The notes under the pieces were generated by a model, which was given only the letters and a program-made list of their open reading frames with translations, did not search any database and was not told the origin of the DNA. A stretch of DNA of 60,330 nucleotides, counting the filler, from Basidioascus undulatus (lineage: Eukaryota), in NCBI GenBank assembly GCA_000826855.1. It is 3 parts of 3 records of this genome, joined end to end, with 100 filler letters (N's around TTAATTAATTAA, not from the genome) between each part and the next. Parts side by side here need not be neighbours in the genome. Positions count along the whole stretch, not along the records: positions 20,213 to 40,226 come from JTLS01000384.1; 2 more parts are not named here. The stretch is one strand, 5' to 3'. Position 1 is the first letter of the stretch. Every line of letters starts with the position of its first letter. Of this stretch, positions 22,659 to 35,422 are shown piece by piece. The position numbers and the translations under genes are program-made.

Positions 22659-25600
22659 GGGGGTCTGGTAGTGCAGCCGTGGTGGATGGGAATCAGTAAA
22701 CTGGCTTGAGATTGCCGGGTGGATTGAGGATCTGAGCCCAGTCAATCCATCGAAACCGCTACATCCTCCGTTCGACAGTGGCAGCACCGTAACTCACAAA
22801 GCTCGGAGACCACCTCACTCAATTGAGTGCTCGAAAGGGCGATAATGCGTTCCGCCGGATATGCTGTGAGTGGGAGATGGTGTAAGGAACGCTCAGGTCA
22901 AGATCTGGGGGTCCAGCTCAGCCCTGACTGTGGTGGTGGGGAGGGGCGGTGCAGGGCTTTGGTGGGCAGGAACAAGGAACGAGAGGAGGACCGGAGAGTC
23001 CTTCGGAGCTTCCATCAATCCCGCTCTTCATAAGAATGAGAACGTCCCTCAGTCCGTGCGGGGCGTCCTCCCGCTCCACGGCGCAGCACCGTCACCGCCG
23101 TCTCCTGGCCTGCCTTATCAGGCCCCGGCCCAGCCGACTCACCTTGCTCAGCACTCACCCCTCCGCCGCCAATATGCACAACGAGCGAAAGACAAGTAAA
23201 GACTGCGCCGAATGGGTGCGCACAAAGTGAGGGCGTGGGACGATCACGACCGTGACGCCCAGCCGAGCTGTCTTTGCGGACGCAGGCAGGGAAGGCGGAA
23301 TGCCGAACGAAGGCTGTGCCGTGTGCCACTCTACCGCGATTGAATTCAATTGGGCTGGCTCGCCGAGGGGAATCTGCGAAAGAAAAGAAGGTATGCTGAG
23401 AAAGTAAAGGAGGAAAGTAGAGAAGTGAAAATGTGAAGAGTGAAGGGTGTGGAGACGAGCGAAGAAGGATCGACTGAACCGCGAGGCCGGGCTGGAACAC
23501 GACGATGTACTAAGGAAGAAGGGCGGTGACGCAAGGCGATCGCATTCGCATATTCAGTGCTACGCCTGCCGCATCGGCCAAACAGCATCGAAGCTGGGCA
23601 GGAATGCAGTGAAAAACACACTTCATGAGGAACCCTCGTTCAGGCATACAGGTTCAGCGTGAAGAAACAAAAACACAAGCGAGTGTCGCCGTTTAATGAG
23701 ATGTCTCAGGTCGGGCCGGATGCAAATTTGGGCGAGCCCGACGAGGAAGTCGTTGGGGCTCGAAGGAGCGTCGTCTTTCAATTGAAGTGTGGGCAACTGC
23801 AACGCTTCAGTTGAAACTTTGAAAGAAGTACTTTTCTAAGCTTCTAGGAGTTGTTGTCGAACAGCACGACCACGACGCCTAAGGTCTTCGGGGTGAAGGG
23901 TAAGTTTATCCAAAAGAGGATGTTAGTTGCAAAGGTCCCTGCCTGCGAGAGGTGACTTGGCCAGAACAGGCGTGCTGACCAACACATAGCGGGTGCAGTA
24001 ATGGACTTGCATTATGCAGAAGGGTTGTAGTCGACTGATCTCCAGACGTTCGCAGTCTCCCAGCCTTTCAATGTGCAGTTTAGTCCGCGACCGTGTCCTT
24101 TCAACGGCTTTGGCTGTAGGAGACGGCCAGAGTGAATCGCCTCAAGTTAGAAATTTGAATAAACACTTCTAAAAGCCTCAAGGAATACGGTAGAATTTCG
24201 TTGGCTGAAATGTCGGAAGCAGAAGTGTCGGCAAGCGGGAGTGCGCTCGAGTCTTCACCTCACCTCGGACCTCATTGTCTTCGACCGTTCTTCCCAAAGT
24301 AATAGCACATAAGTTGCTACAGTATGAAGAGGCCAACGACCTACGACACCCAGTCCTCCTTCTGTTCGCCCTTCCTTTCCGGCCTCTGCAACAGCGCCTC
24401 TGGGGCATCGAGCAAGGACGCAACACTCGCAGCACTGGACCCGACGGACACCAACTTCTTCGACGCCTGGGGCCGAACTCTCAAGGACTTTGAACGGTCC
24501 AAGCGGCGAAGGACTTCAGGGCGTTGTGAGCCCGGTCTCCCCTGCTCTTGTAATCCTGATCCTGGGGCACTGCTTCCCCGGCATCCTGGTCAACGTCGAC
24601 GACGAAGGTGTCTGCCAGCGCGCCGGGCTCGGCCTGCTCTTCCCTACGCTCGAGGCGCTCTGAGACGCCCTTGTCGGCGCAAGAACAGTAGTTTCCTCCT
24701 GCTGGCGGGCTGTCGTGAACCGCCGCTGAATTGACGTTGCATGTCCTAAGCAGAGCCCCCGTTGCGTCCGGACGGGTTCAATCAGATCAGCTCTGCCCTC
24801 CTATTTCACGGGCCAGTGTACGCCTGCCGTCTTCACCTGGCCGAAGTACCTGACGCTCACTGAAGGATGGGGGCCTCCCAATGCAGGGACAAGCTTCCGG
24901 CAGTCTTCATGAAAGGCATCCACGCTGCGCACTCGGAGAATGCGTGGCTAGGCCGGCCCAAGGGCGAGTGTCTGCAACCCCTGCCCCGGACCATGCTCGG
25001 CTTTATACTCACCCTAGGGTCGGATAGACCACCCCACCAAGCTCGGCACCGTAACGATCATCTACGAAGCCGACCGCCCCTGGCGGCCCCTTCTCCGGGA
25101 TTACGAGAACATCGTGCTGAACCAGGAGACGAACGCGGGGTGGGGCCATTGGCATGCGTATCTTGACGGGTGGGGGAGCTGTGAGCGCCCGCGTGTTCAT
25201 GGCGGGCCAGGGCTGCCAAAGAGGGGTAGTGATTTTGGTAGCAAGCAGCTTGGATGGGCTGAGCCTGAGCGCCGTGAGTGGCACCAACGATTTTTCTCAG
25301 TATACCAAAGCACCCTCTCGACAAGTTCAACTTATTAGCAGGTCGCATTATTGTACCTTTTGGGTCAAGCCCTGCAGCACTGTCACCGTACGAGCGTATT
25401 GAGCTTGAAAATCAGCTTCGACAGCTTCCGCCGCACCCTCGTCTTTAGTTGGTGCGCACCCGCCCATCCCAGACATCCCTTGCCCCTCCCGCCCCTCGAA
25501 GAACAGTTCCGTCCGAAAAACATAGATCTTTTCACGGCGCAGGCGTCGGAGAATTATGGGACCTCAAGAAGTTCTGGCGCAACATACATACTGTGCCATT

Positions 25601-26125
25601 ACGATCTATGGCAACCGTCACGGTCACAACAGGCTGGCTGTCGCCGTTGTCACGCGTCACAAGGGATCAGTTGCCTTCCTGAGAACTGAATGCAGCTGTA
25701 TAGCGCCCAGGATGAGCAGAAAGAGGCCTGGTTGCCTTTTGTCACAGGTCACAGTTGCAAAGTTGCAATCCGAAAGTTCGTTGTCTCACGCGTGGGAAAG
25801 TTGCCATAGATCTTAATGGCACAGTACACACACACACGCGCACGACCGCAATTCTTAACTCGAGTTCAACGATACCATACTACACATTCCGCAAATTACA
25901 TCAGATCCAAATTCAATCCCAAACACCCAACGGCGGACGAACGGAGCAGCGCAAGGCAGGGCAAGCAAAGGAAGGTCGTGGCGACATGTCGTGAGGTCGT
26001 GACAGGGGGGATAAGATGCGCGTGTCTTTCTACGAAGGGTGAAAGGGGAAGAGGGGAAAACTAAAGTAAGGAGAAGATGAGAAGGGGTCTTAGACGTAGG
26101 AGACCTTGACAGGACGGAAGGGTCG

Positions 26126-27024
26126 TCAGTACTGCTGGTTAAGGACGGATGAGGAGGAACGGGTCGGGGAGAGAAAGTAAAGTAGTAGACTCACGTCCTT
26201 CCTCCTCCCGCCCCCACAGCAGATCCCGAACGTGCTCAACAAGGTCCCAATGATCAGACTCGCCGCCGCAGCGAGCGCCAACCAATTGGCGTTCCCGAGC
26301 TCGGCGTTCAAGGCGGTGTTGTTGTTCACGAGGTTGCGCACGATTGCCCACATCGCGATGTCGATCACGAACGTCGCGGCGGCGAAGATGGCTGCCCAGG
26401 CCTGGAGGAGCGTCAAGAGGAGCGACGAGAGGCGTCCGCCCGAGATCGCTGCCAGGCCTGCGAGAAAGGACAGCAGGGCGAAGAAGCCGGCTATGGGGTT
26501 AAAGATGAGGACGTAGGTCACTGGCGAGGCGGGGAAGGAGGTCAGCTCGTTCTTTCGCTCGTTTGTTCAGTTGGTGGTTGGGGGCGTTGGGTGAAAGGGA
26601 GGAAGGGGGAAGGGGGAAGGGGGACGTACGGTTGTTGAGCGCGTCGTTGGTGACGTCCGACCGTCCCACGTTCTCGCCAAGCGCGCTCGAAATGTCATAC
26701 CCAAAGTCCGTGCTGCTGCACGTCCCGTCCCCGCCGCCGCCACACCACCCGAGGAAGCCGTAGTGGACGTCTTGGGAGCCGGACACGTCCTTCACGCTGC
26801 TCGCCGACCGTTGACGGTCAGCAATGCCGGTGGGAGGGAGGAGAGGGGAGAAGACACACTTGAGGAAGTAGACGGAGTCCCAGACGGGTGAGGAGACAGT
26901 TACGAAGACGAAGAGCGCCATCTGTGGGCGGGGGAGGTTAGCAGGGGTGGGACGGGCAGGTGGGAAGGGTTGGACGCACGGCGGCGAATGCGAGGAAGGT
27001 GCCCGGCCACGCTGCGATGCCCAT
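26126..27024 (-). CDS. SUR7/PalI-family tetraspan membrane protein (short form)
   Basis: MGIAAWPGTFLAFAA|MALFVFVTVSSPVWDSVYFL...YGFLGWC...CSSTDFGY, then three more hydrophobic helices including GNANWLALAA. Canonical introns. Confidence 0.88.
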
Positions 27025-27693
27025 GATTGCTGGTTGTGTTGGTTTACGTATACGGCGTAAGGGGAAAGAGAAAGAGTATTAGGCTAGGATACTGCGGTAT
27101 AAGGTCGTGGGTGGTGATGGAGGCTCAAGAGCAAGAAGGGGGGGCAAGTAAAAGATTGAGCAAACGTCTTTTAACTGCTCGCTCTGGTGGCTCTGGTGCT
27201 CTGGTGGTGGTGGTGTTGGCGCCGCGCTATGGCTGTGCCTTCCCCAGGGCGAGGATCGAGCCAAGGGTGTTCGCGCGAAGACGATGTTGAGGCGGCGCCA
27301 GGATCAGTGACATCACTTTTGACGTCATTTCAACAACCACGAGCGCACGATGCGAAGTTGGCAGAAGCGGCAGCCCGCAACACGCTGTTGATGTTGGACA
27401 CCACTCCGGGATGGGTGTGGATGGGTGGGATTATGGAATTGGTTGGAGCTTTGAGCGGGATGTGAGAGCGGAGCAGGCGAAGACGAGCGAAGTCGACGAG
27501 GACGAAGAGATGTTGGAGGCTGTGCAGCGCTTTCGCCAGCGAGAGCGCTATCAACAGCTTCGTGCTAAGCTCGAAAGATCACGTGCAATCCCAATCCCCG
27601 ACTTCTTCCTTGCCCATGCCTACCCATCCAGCCTCCTCAGCCTCTTAGCCTCCCAGGATGCTCCCCCTCCTCCCAGCGCTCAGCCACCGCGCC

Positions 27694-28535
27694 ATGTCCT
27701 CCTCCTCCTCCTCTCCCACTGCTCACATCCTCGCCCACCTCGCGCGCACCCCAACGTGCGTCCTCTCCGATGCGCTCTTGACGCTCGACCCGCCCGCCGA
27801 GTCGGGCGGGCCATTGCCGGACATCTTGCCGCTCTCCCCTACGAGGGACCCGAAGGACGATGAGCGGGTGGTGGGGGAGGCTTATACTGTTCAGGTCCGC
27901 TCCCCTCCCTTATTCCTAGTCATCTTCCCCTTGGGCTAACCGAAGAAGGGCCGCGGTAGATGGTAGATGCGAAAGACAAAGACGCACCGAAGCCAAGCGA
28001 GCACTTTGTGGATACCGCGCCAGAGGGGAGCGTGATGGTCATCTCTGCGCCGGAAGGAGCGAAGAACGCCGTGCTCGGCGGCTTGCTGGGGATCGCTGCG
28101 AAGGCGCGTGGGGTGCGGGGGGTGGTCGTTTCTGGGCGGGTGCGGGACTTGGGGGAGCTGCGGGAGGCGAAACTTCCTGTGAGTCCCTCGCTCTCCCTCC
28201 CTTCTTTCCTTGGAAATCAGCTAATAGAGGTCATACGTAAGGTCTTCGCCCACGGCCAATCCACCCTCGGCCAATCGCCCTTCACGCGTCCCTCCCTTCT
28301 CTCTCACCCGCTGACGATCCACCCGCTCCCCCCGTCAAACGTCCCCCCAACGTGCGTCGAGCCGGGCGACTACGTCGTTGCGGACCTCGACGGCGTGGTG
28401 GTCGTTCCCCGCGCAAGGGCGGAGGAGGTCTTGAAGATCGCGCGGAAGGCGGAGGAGGTGGATGGGAGGGTGGAGGAGGACTTGAGGGCTGGTAAGGGGG
28501 TGAAGGAGACGTTTGGGAAGTGGAGGGGGAAGTGA
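27694..28535 (+). CDS. RraA-like / HMG aldolase-oxaloacetate decarboxylase family protein
   Basis: TCVLSDAL, VGEAYTV, NAVLGGLL, GVVVSGRVRDL, PGDYVVADLDGVVVVP. Two GT-AG introns. Confidence 0.9.
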
Positions 28536-28849
28536 GGGAAGTGGTATTGATATGGGGTTTAGGGGGGGAGGCAGATAGAGCGCTGGGGTGAGGAGTGCAG
28601 AAGGCTGTAGTCGCGACTACATGGACTGGGATGATTGTGGTCCTTGTCGAACTAGCAGAGTGCCACGCGGGCGCGGCGGCAGTCGGAACGGCGACGCTTC
28701 AACCATTGCGTTTCGGTTTGGGTTGACTGCCATGATTTCTAGTTCCGGCTTTCACCTCAGCGTATTCGAAGGGATTCGTTTGTCTCGCTCCTCACAGCAA
28801 GGAGAGGTGTTGAGCTGTGACTGTCAATTAAACAGCGTCTGGCACGATA

Positions 28850-29850
28850 CATACGCTTCTCGGATTCACTGGGGTGGATGGTTTGGGTGGAACTGGTTGA
28901 AGTGTAGTTCTGGCGGAGTCGGACGTGCTAACTGTTTAGGCGGTGGTGAGCATGGTCGGCTGTCCAGGGCTCGGCATTGCCGTCGCAGATCTCACCATGC
29001 GGTTTCTTTCAATGTTGATATTCAGGCTATCATAGTCTATGGTATACACATGAGGCATGAAAAAATACCAGGTCCTGATCATAAAGTGCATCAGGATAAA
29101 AACCGCCAGCCGCGGTCTGAGGCACTCGACAACGACGCAATCCGCGAGAGTCGGCGAGCCGAACCGCGCAATCACAGTCGTAGCACCAACACAGATCCAG
29201 CTCTCAGGAAGTTTTGGGCAGTCAGCTTGGTGCTAGGTTGCCGTCCACTCAACGAGCTTGATCGGCTTCGGCTCGTTGGTGGCTATTGCGTGCACGTATT
29301 CCTTCTTCAGCAGGCCAGAAGGCCCCTGACAACCTGAATCTTCCTCATTATGACCATAAGGGGAGTAAAAGTGCTTGTAAGAGAGTCAAATGGCACCCAC
29401 TTTGCCCTCAAAGGTCACGAACGTGGTTTGCTCGCTGCTCGCCTTCTCGCCTTCTCACGGAATTCAGGAGTTGCAACTCCTTCAATAGTTCCAAGTTGTC
29501 CCTGGTCTTGAACAACTTCTGTTTTCACCCTTCTCTTAATTAACAATGGACTGGCTGCTCTGCGTTGATTGGTAGTTACGAATGGAACGGTGTAAAACTT
29601 AGCTTGTCTGCAATGTGCACGCGCCTGTACATGGCTCGGAAGTACTGGCTCCATCGGCAACTTGACGACTTGTATGCCCGCGCAGGTCCTCATCCGGTGG
29701 AATATTCAGCGCGGGAATGTCGTTCTCCCGAGGTCTCTGACTAAGGTGCGGTACACCTGATGCGTGCTTCGATTCACCCCTTCTGGCGATGCGGTGTCTG
29801 ACTGCCCGGCATGCGCGACCCGCACAGCATCGAGAGTAACGCAGATTTTG
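28850..29850 (+). pseudogene. Aldo-keto reductase pseudogene
   Basis: Remnant motifs in AKR order: AIRES, VKWHPLCPQ, PAQVLIRWNIQRGNVVLPRSLTK (29676-29745), IESNADF. No continuous spliceable frame. Confidence 0.7.
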
Positions 29851-31106
29851 TTGTACCGGCAGATTTTTGTAAGCGATCGATTGAGCGAACGAGACCTCCA
29901 ATAATATGACGACATTCTGAGGTACTTGGTGTGTGCCTTGGGGTGATGACTGGAACCGAGACCAAGAGGTCGCTTCAGTCCAGCCATCTCCGCCTCGCCG
30001 TTTCCACCGCCTCTCCTGTAGAACAAGGCGAAGCGATTTGTTTTGGACTGATAGGCTTCGGCGATGGATGCGTGTGGGCAAGCGAAGTTGAACGAAGGCG
30101 AGGACAAGTCCGGTCAATGCTGACGGGTCAGATGTTGTGCGCGCGTATTTTGATTCGACAACACCTCGCCCATGATTGATGCAAACAGGACGTGATCGAG
30201 AGGAGTAAGGACGGCGAGTAAATCAAACAGACACGGAGAAGGCTCTGCCGAAGCGGCACGTGGAGTGAAGGAAGGATTGGCATGTTCATCTGAAGCACAC
30301 AACGACGCCGCCTAGAAGAATAATCACCACCCGGCAACATCAGCATTGCCAACGCGTGTACTGGAGGAGCGTATCCGACCGACACCACGCATGCCTCAGA
30401 CTCGCCTTTAAGCGTCCCCACCAGCGCCCTTCAGGACAGCACCGCCCGCCACGAGAGCGAGGGCGCCGCCTGCCTCGTTCGTGTGAGGTACCCTACGGGT
30501 CAGGGCGCTTACGGTTTACCAGATGTGTCTATCATCGGCATCCCTCTCCAACCTCCGCGTCGCCATCATCCACGCAAGCACACCAAACGACTCACGTATA
30601 AGACAATGTATCACGCGAACGACGCCGCCCCTCGCCGCCCAGCCCGCCTGCCTGGGCCACCAAAGGATGAAGGAAAGAGTAGATAATGAGAAAGGGAGAT
30701 GTGCATGCAGCAGGTGGTCGCCGGTCATGGTGACTCCTCTGGAATCCTCGCGACAACTGTTTTTGTGCACGTCTCGCCCTCGAAGAGAACGGTCCTTCTG
30801 GACGCCTGTCTGGCGAAAGCGCAGCATCCCCGTCTGTCCCCCGAGGGAGACAGCCGGGGGCTCGTTGGAGGTAAGCGCTGCGACCGAATTAAAAGCGTCG
30901 TGAGTGTAAGAAAGGAAGAGGGGCGGGGGGCGCGGCGAAGAAGACGCTCGGGAAGGCACCTCAGGGCCGGCTTGGGGAGAGGAAGGCCCGCGGATGGACC
31001 GGCTGGAGAGAACTCTCCCACGGTTCTCGCTGTTCTGCCCTCAACTTGCCCGTCGCGCTGATCCTCCACGCCACCCTCTTTTAATCATTACACTACTACA
31101 CCCAGC

Positions 31107-32083
31107 ATGTCACGAGGCGGACGCGGCGGCGGGCGCGGCGGGCGCGGTGGTGGGCGGGGCGGGTTCGGCGGGTCGAGCATGCCGCCGATGGGCCTGACCT
31201 TTGCGGACCTGGCGATGATGTCCAAGGAGGCGAGCGAGCTCTTCCCAGTGCGTCCAGTCCTCCCAGGCCTCTTTCCGTATTAGTACGGAGATGACTGAGC
31301 CCCGGGGGTTGGATAACAGCCGATCGACATGCCCCATTTGAGCGACGCGACGGCCGACGAGCTGCGGATCGTGAGCTACTCGCGCGACTTGTCCAAGCGC
31401 TTCAGGCAGTCGCCGTGCTATCTGCGGGAGGAGGCGGAGGAAAAGAAGGGTGCGTCGTGCTCCTCCCTCTCTCTTTCTTCCCACCATCCTACCTCTTCCT
31501 CACCCCCGGTGCTTACGCGGCTGCCCACCCAGACATCCAGCGCTACTCGGACCGCTACCTCCCCTCCGCCGAAGAGCGGCCGTCGCTCGCGTCGCTCAAA
31601 CCGCTCATGAACGCGAGCTTCTTCCCGAAAGAGATCTGGGATGGGGAGCGGGATCCGAAGACGCGGAGAGGTGCGTTTGCCTCTCCATCACCCCCCGTTC
31701 CTGCCCTGCCCAGTCTCACCACCTCGAACTCCAGCGCAACTCAAGCGAGAAAAGCGCAAGATCGACTGGGACAGTGCAGATCGTCCAGAAGGGGTGCGTC
31801 ACCCCTTCCCCCACTTCCAGCCGGCTCTGACACGCGGGAGGGGCACAGGAGCGGGACGAAGAGGAGGACGACGAAGACGACGAGGACGTGGACGACATCG
31901 AGGAGGACGAGGGCGAGGATGATGCAGACTATGGCGAGAACTACTTTGATAATGGCGAGGAGGAGGACGATAACCTTGGCGGGTTTGGGGGCGGGGACGA
32001 GGGCGGCGGTGAGTTTCGCGCTTTGGGTGTTGCGGGAAGGCGACTGACGTGGGGGTGGGGGGCGGACAGACACGTACGACTAG
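31107..32083 (+). CDS. RPC31: RNA polymerase III subunit Rpc31 (RPC7)
   Basis: RGG-rich start, ELFP, IQRYSDRY, FFPKEIW, acidic tail with DYGENYFDNGEE. Stop TAG at 32081-32083. Confidence 0.92.
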
Positions 32084-32214
32084 CTGGGGCATGCATTCGT
32101 GTTTTCGCGCAGCGCTGTCGCACACGCGTTGGCCTGCCGTGCTTCTGTCTAGGCCCATGTGCTTCGGATGGGTACTCTTACGATCAAACAGCGTGCAGCG
32201 CTCTCAAACCATGC

Positions 32215-33269
32215 CGGCAGGGACAACCTCGACTTCGGGTCCGCCGCCCGTCTAACGCGCCAACCGGCTCACGCACTCCATCCCGCCCACTTTGTCCTCA
32301 CCTTCACCGCCGACAGCCTCTTCTTCCAATCCTCCTTCGACGCCACCCATGATCTGCCTCCCACGGCCCCTGCGCGTCTCGAACGCTGCTAGCCCTCCCG
32401 CTCGTCATGCAGGAGGTCATAAGAGTGGATCAGGGAGGCGGAGGTGGACGCGGTGAAGTCCGCACTGGGGCCGGGCTGAGCGCGGACTCGGTGAGGGAGG
32501 ATCTGGACTGCGCCAGCACGGAGCTGTTCCGGCCGCTTTATCCGGGTCTGCTCAAGAAGACGAGGATGCGCATACTGCACCACTCGGTGCGCTCGCTCTT
32601 TTCCGCTCGTCCCCATCCACACACTCCCTCTCACCTCCACTTTCACAGCCCTATATCAAGTTGAGTGCTTTCTAGTTCTTTCACGCGCAGCGGCAGACCA
32701 CCTCGACCTGGGGCCCACCGCCCGTCTACCGCGCTCGCGCACTCCGTCCCGGCTCACTTCATGCTCACCTCGGAGCGTCTACCGATCCTCCTTCGGCGCC
32801 TCCCTTATGTGCACCCTGCATGCTGCCGGACGCCGGCTTCCCCGCCCAGCCGCACATCGACCGCGCCCTCCCCTTCCCTTTCTCAACCGCGAGTCCCGCC
32901 CACAGGCCGGACCTCATCCCCTCCTGCCGGCGGCGAGGTGGTCCTCAGCGTGCGCGGGGGACAACTGGTTCCTCGAGACGCCGCAGCGCGAGCAGCGCGC
33001 GGCGTACGAGCGGTTTATTGGGGAGTGCGAGCGGAGGGAAGAAGCTCGTGTTGCTGGAGATTGGGTGCGGGTTCAACACGCCCAGTGTTGTGCGCTGGCC
33101 GGGCGAAAGGATGACCCGTGAGGGCGGAGGAAGGGTGAAGCTTGTAAGGGTCAACGCACAGGACGCGTCGCTGCCGCTAGACTTGGTGAAGGGCGGTCGG
33201 GCGGTCGGGTTGAGGTTGGGCGCGGCGGAATTCATGGAGGCGCTGGAGGCTGGAGGAGTGTATGAATAG
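32215..33269 (+). pseudogene. SIR2-like (class M/SirTM-type, DHS-like NAD-binding) pseudogene with an internal duplicated fragment
   Basis: GAGLSA...TELFRPLYPGLLK, HFMLTS, VRGGNWFLE and KLVLLEIGCGFNTPSVVRWP lie in different frames. A second HFVLT...DSLF fragment lies upstream. Confidence 0.72.
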
Positions 33270-33719
33270 GATATTGTTGCAAACATGGCTGGGAAGGGAG
33301 AGATCTCATCAAGTTGTCTGGTTCGCAGTCATTCTGCGGTCATTCTCTGGCCCTCTTCAGCGAAAATTGCACCACACTTGAGCGGGGTTGCTTCCCTGGT
33401 TGTGCGTTGGCTTGCTCGCAGCTAGAGACGTCTCGCGACTTCGGTCCGCCGCACGTTGGCATTGACATCTCTTCCAGCATGGCTGCTCTCAAACTCGTCC
33501 CAGGGGTAAGAAATTCTGTACTTGCCTCAGAAATCGAGAACAGCTGAAATAGACGCAGACAGATAACGCAGTCAAGCGAAACGTGTATGGCATGATGCGG
33601 CGGACAGACGTTACGGAACGAATGAAAAAACGGCATATGGGACGACAGGAAAACTTGAAACAAAGTTCGAGCAGCTCAATATATCAATCGAGAATCCCCT
33701 CGCAGTCGAACTGCAGCTG

Positions 33720-34510
33720 CTCGTGCGGCGGGCGCGACGGCGAGGTCAGATGCCGAACTCCCCGTGTCCGCCGTGCGCGTCATGGCGAAGGCCCTGCGCG
33801 AGCGAGTCGCGCTCGAAGCAGTCTATTCCGAGTAATCGATGGCGCTGGAATTGGCGGAGACCCGAGCCGCGAGGGCTTCGCGGGACTGGCTGGAGTCGCC
33901 GAAGGTATGCAGAAATGACTCGTGCGGCAGCGGGGTGTGCGCCGAGGGCGGGTAGAGGACGGGCACGAGATGAAGGGGGTTCGAAAGGTGCTGCGCGACG
34001 GAGGTCAGTGATTTAGGTGCGCTCAGCGGCAACCGGTCCAGAAAGGGGAGAAACACGACCGACGCACCTGCTGCACGAGCGTGGCCATCGAGAATACCCG
34101 CTCTTCGCCATTCGAGCGAGTGACGCGGACACCTTCGGAGGACAAGCGGAGGGTGCGCAAGATAAGGAGGACAGTGAAAAGTCCGTAGAGGTAAAGTGGG
34201 ACTAGGAGCATCGCGAGCAGGACAAGTGCGTAGGCGAAAACGAGTGTCTCCCTGCGATACTCAACATAGAGGTTCTCGGACGTGGGCTCCATGAAGCCCG
34301 AGACGAATGCAATGCTATTAGTCGGCAGACTGGCCTCGAGCTTCCGCTTGAGCCCTTTAGAGTCGTTGGAGGACTGCAACTGCTCTGTTTGATTGCGTCC
34401 GACGTCAATTTGCTTCTGCCGCTGCCAGCACCTCGCTGAAAGATCTAAACTTACTGCATGTCAAGGCGGATGCGGTCCGTGATTTGACCGTACACTGCAT
34501 CCTCCGGGGT
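33720..34510 (-). pseudogene. Inverted, diverged partial copy of the 3' part of the membrane-protein gene at 37128-39790
   Basis: DAVYGQITDRIR / KLEASLPTNSIAFVSGFMEPTSEN / LRLSSEGVRVTRSNGEERV align by eye with DAVYSEITGRVR / KLETSLTLNSMAYVTGYMELTSEN / VRLPSEGVRVTLSNGEERV at 39045-39430. Confidence 0.75.
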
Positions 34511-35297
34511 CAGGGGCGCCGAGATCGCCTGGTTGATGAGTACAGCAAGCGCGGACTGAAGACTTCAAAGCTAGAGCTCACCTCTTCCATGAGATACCGG
34601 TACAAGCTTTCAAACTGACAGTGTTGTTTGGGTCTGTCAGCCCCACCCCCGGGATTTCACTGGCAGTTTGCGATCGCTAAATTGCAAGTTCTACAGGCCT
34701 GTTTGAACACATTGACGAGCCCTGGACAGTTACTTGTAAATAGTTGACAGGGAAGTTTCTTCACAGATTTGGGCCGTCAGTTTATGTTCCGGGTGGCACA
34801 CCAGGTGTTTGCGCTACTCCCTCAGAACCTATGCATCGCCACACCGCACAGCTGGAAGACACAGCCCTGCTAGCTTTTGTGGTTCATATTTTCAAACTCG
34901 CACAAATTCAACATTCTGTTTGTAAGGCATACCATGGGAAGCTGGGTGCTGTCACGCTCTTCCTCTGGCAACGACGGTGTCTCGGCCTGCGAACGTCGCA
35001 CCGCATGTTACAACCACATAGAACTCGGAAAGCGGACTATCCACAGTTTGAGCAAATTTCAAGTCACAATGCTGGCCAGCTTCTCATTGCCCCAAGCTGT
35101 CCGGAAAGCACCGAAATGTCGAGGCGCCCAGGAGTCCGACACCTATCACAGACTACTTACGCCAATCGGATACTGTGGTTGACCTTCTTGTTTCGGTATT
35201 ATATTTCCACAATCATGTGCGATTTTACGGTATAATTTTGTGGTACAGAGGGGCTTGAGCACTTCTTTGGCGCTGCACCGCGAAGCAGCAGAGCGCG

Positions 35298-35321
35298 ACG
35301 CGTAAAGTGCGCACAACGCGT
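35298..35321. promoter_or_regulatory. Two perfect MCB boxes (ACGCGT) upstream of the DNAJC9-like gene
   Basis: ACGCGT at 35298-35303 and 35316-35321, ~100-125 bp before ATG 35423. Confidence 0.4.
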
Positions 35322-35422
35322 CTTACCTTGAACCGCGACCACGACGTGCCTCTGCCTTGAACACCCCATATCGCCACAAACTACTTCAAACCTTCGTCCC
35401 AGAAAATACATATCGGCACACT

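Noticed and set aside
21403..22699. Acidic Glu/Asp/Val-rich + strand ORFs and a (CTG)n run near 21938-21961
   Set aside because: They are the reverse complement of the Ser/Thr codons of the mucin-like exons.
24300..25450. Coding-like fragments (FFDAWGRTLKDF; NIVLNQETNAGWGHWHAYLDGW)
   Set aside because: Possibly another decayed gene, but I could not assign a family or a consistent exon chain.
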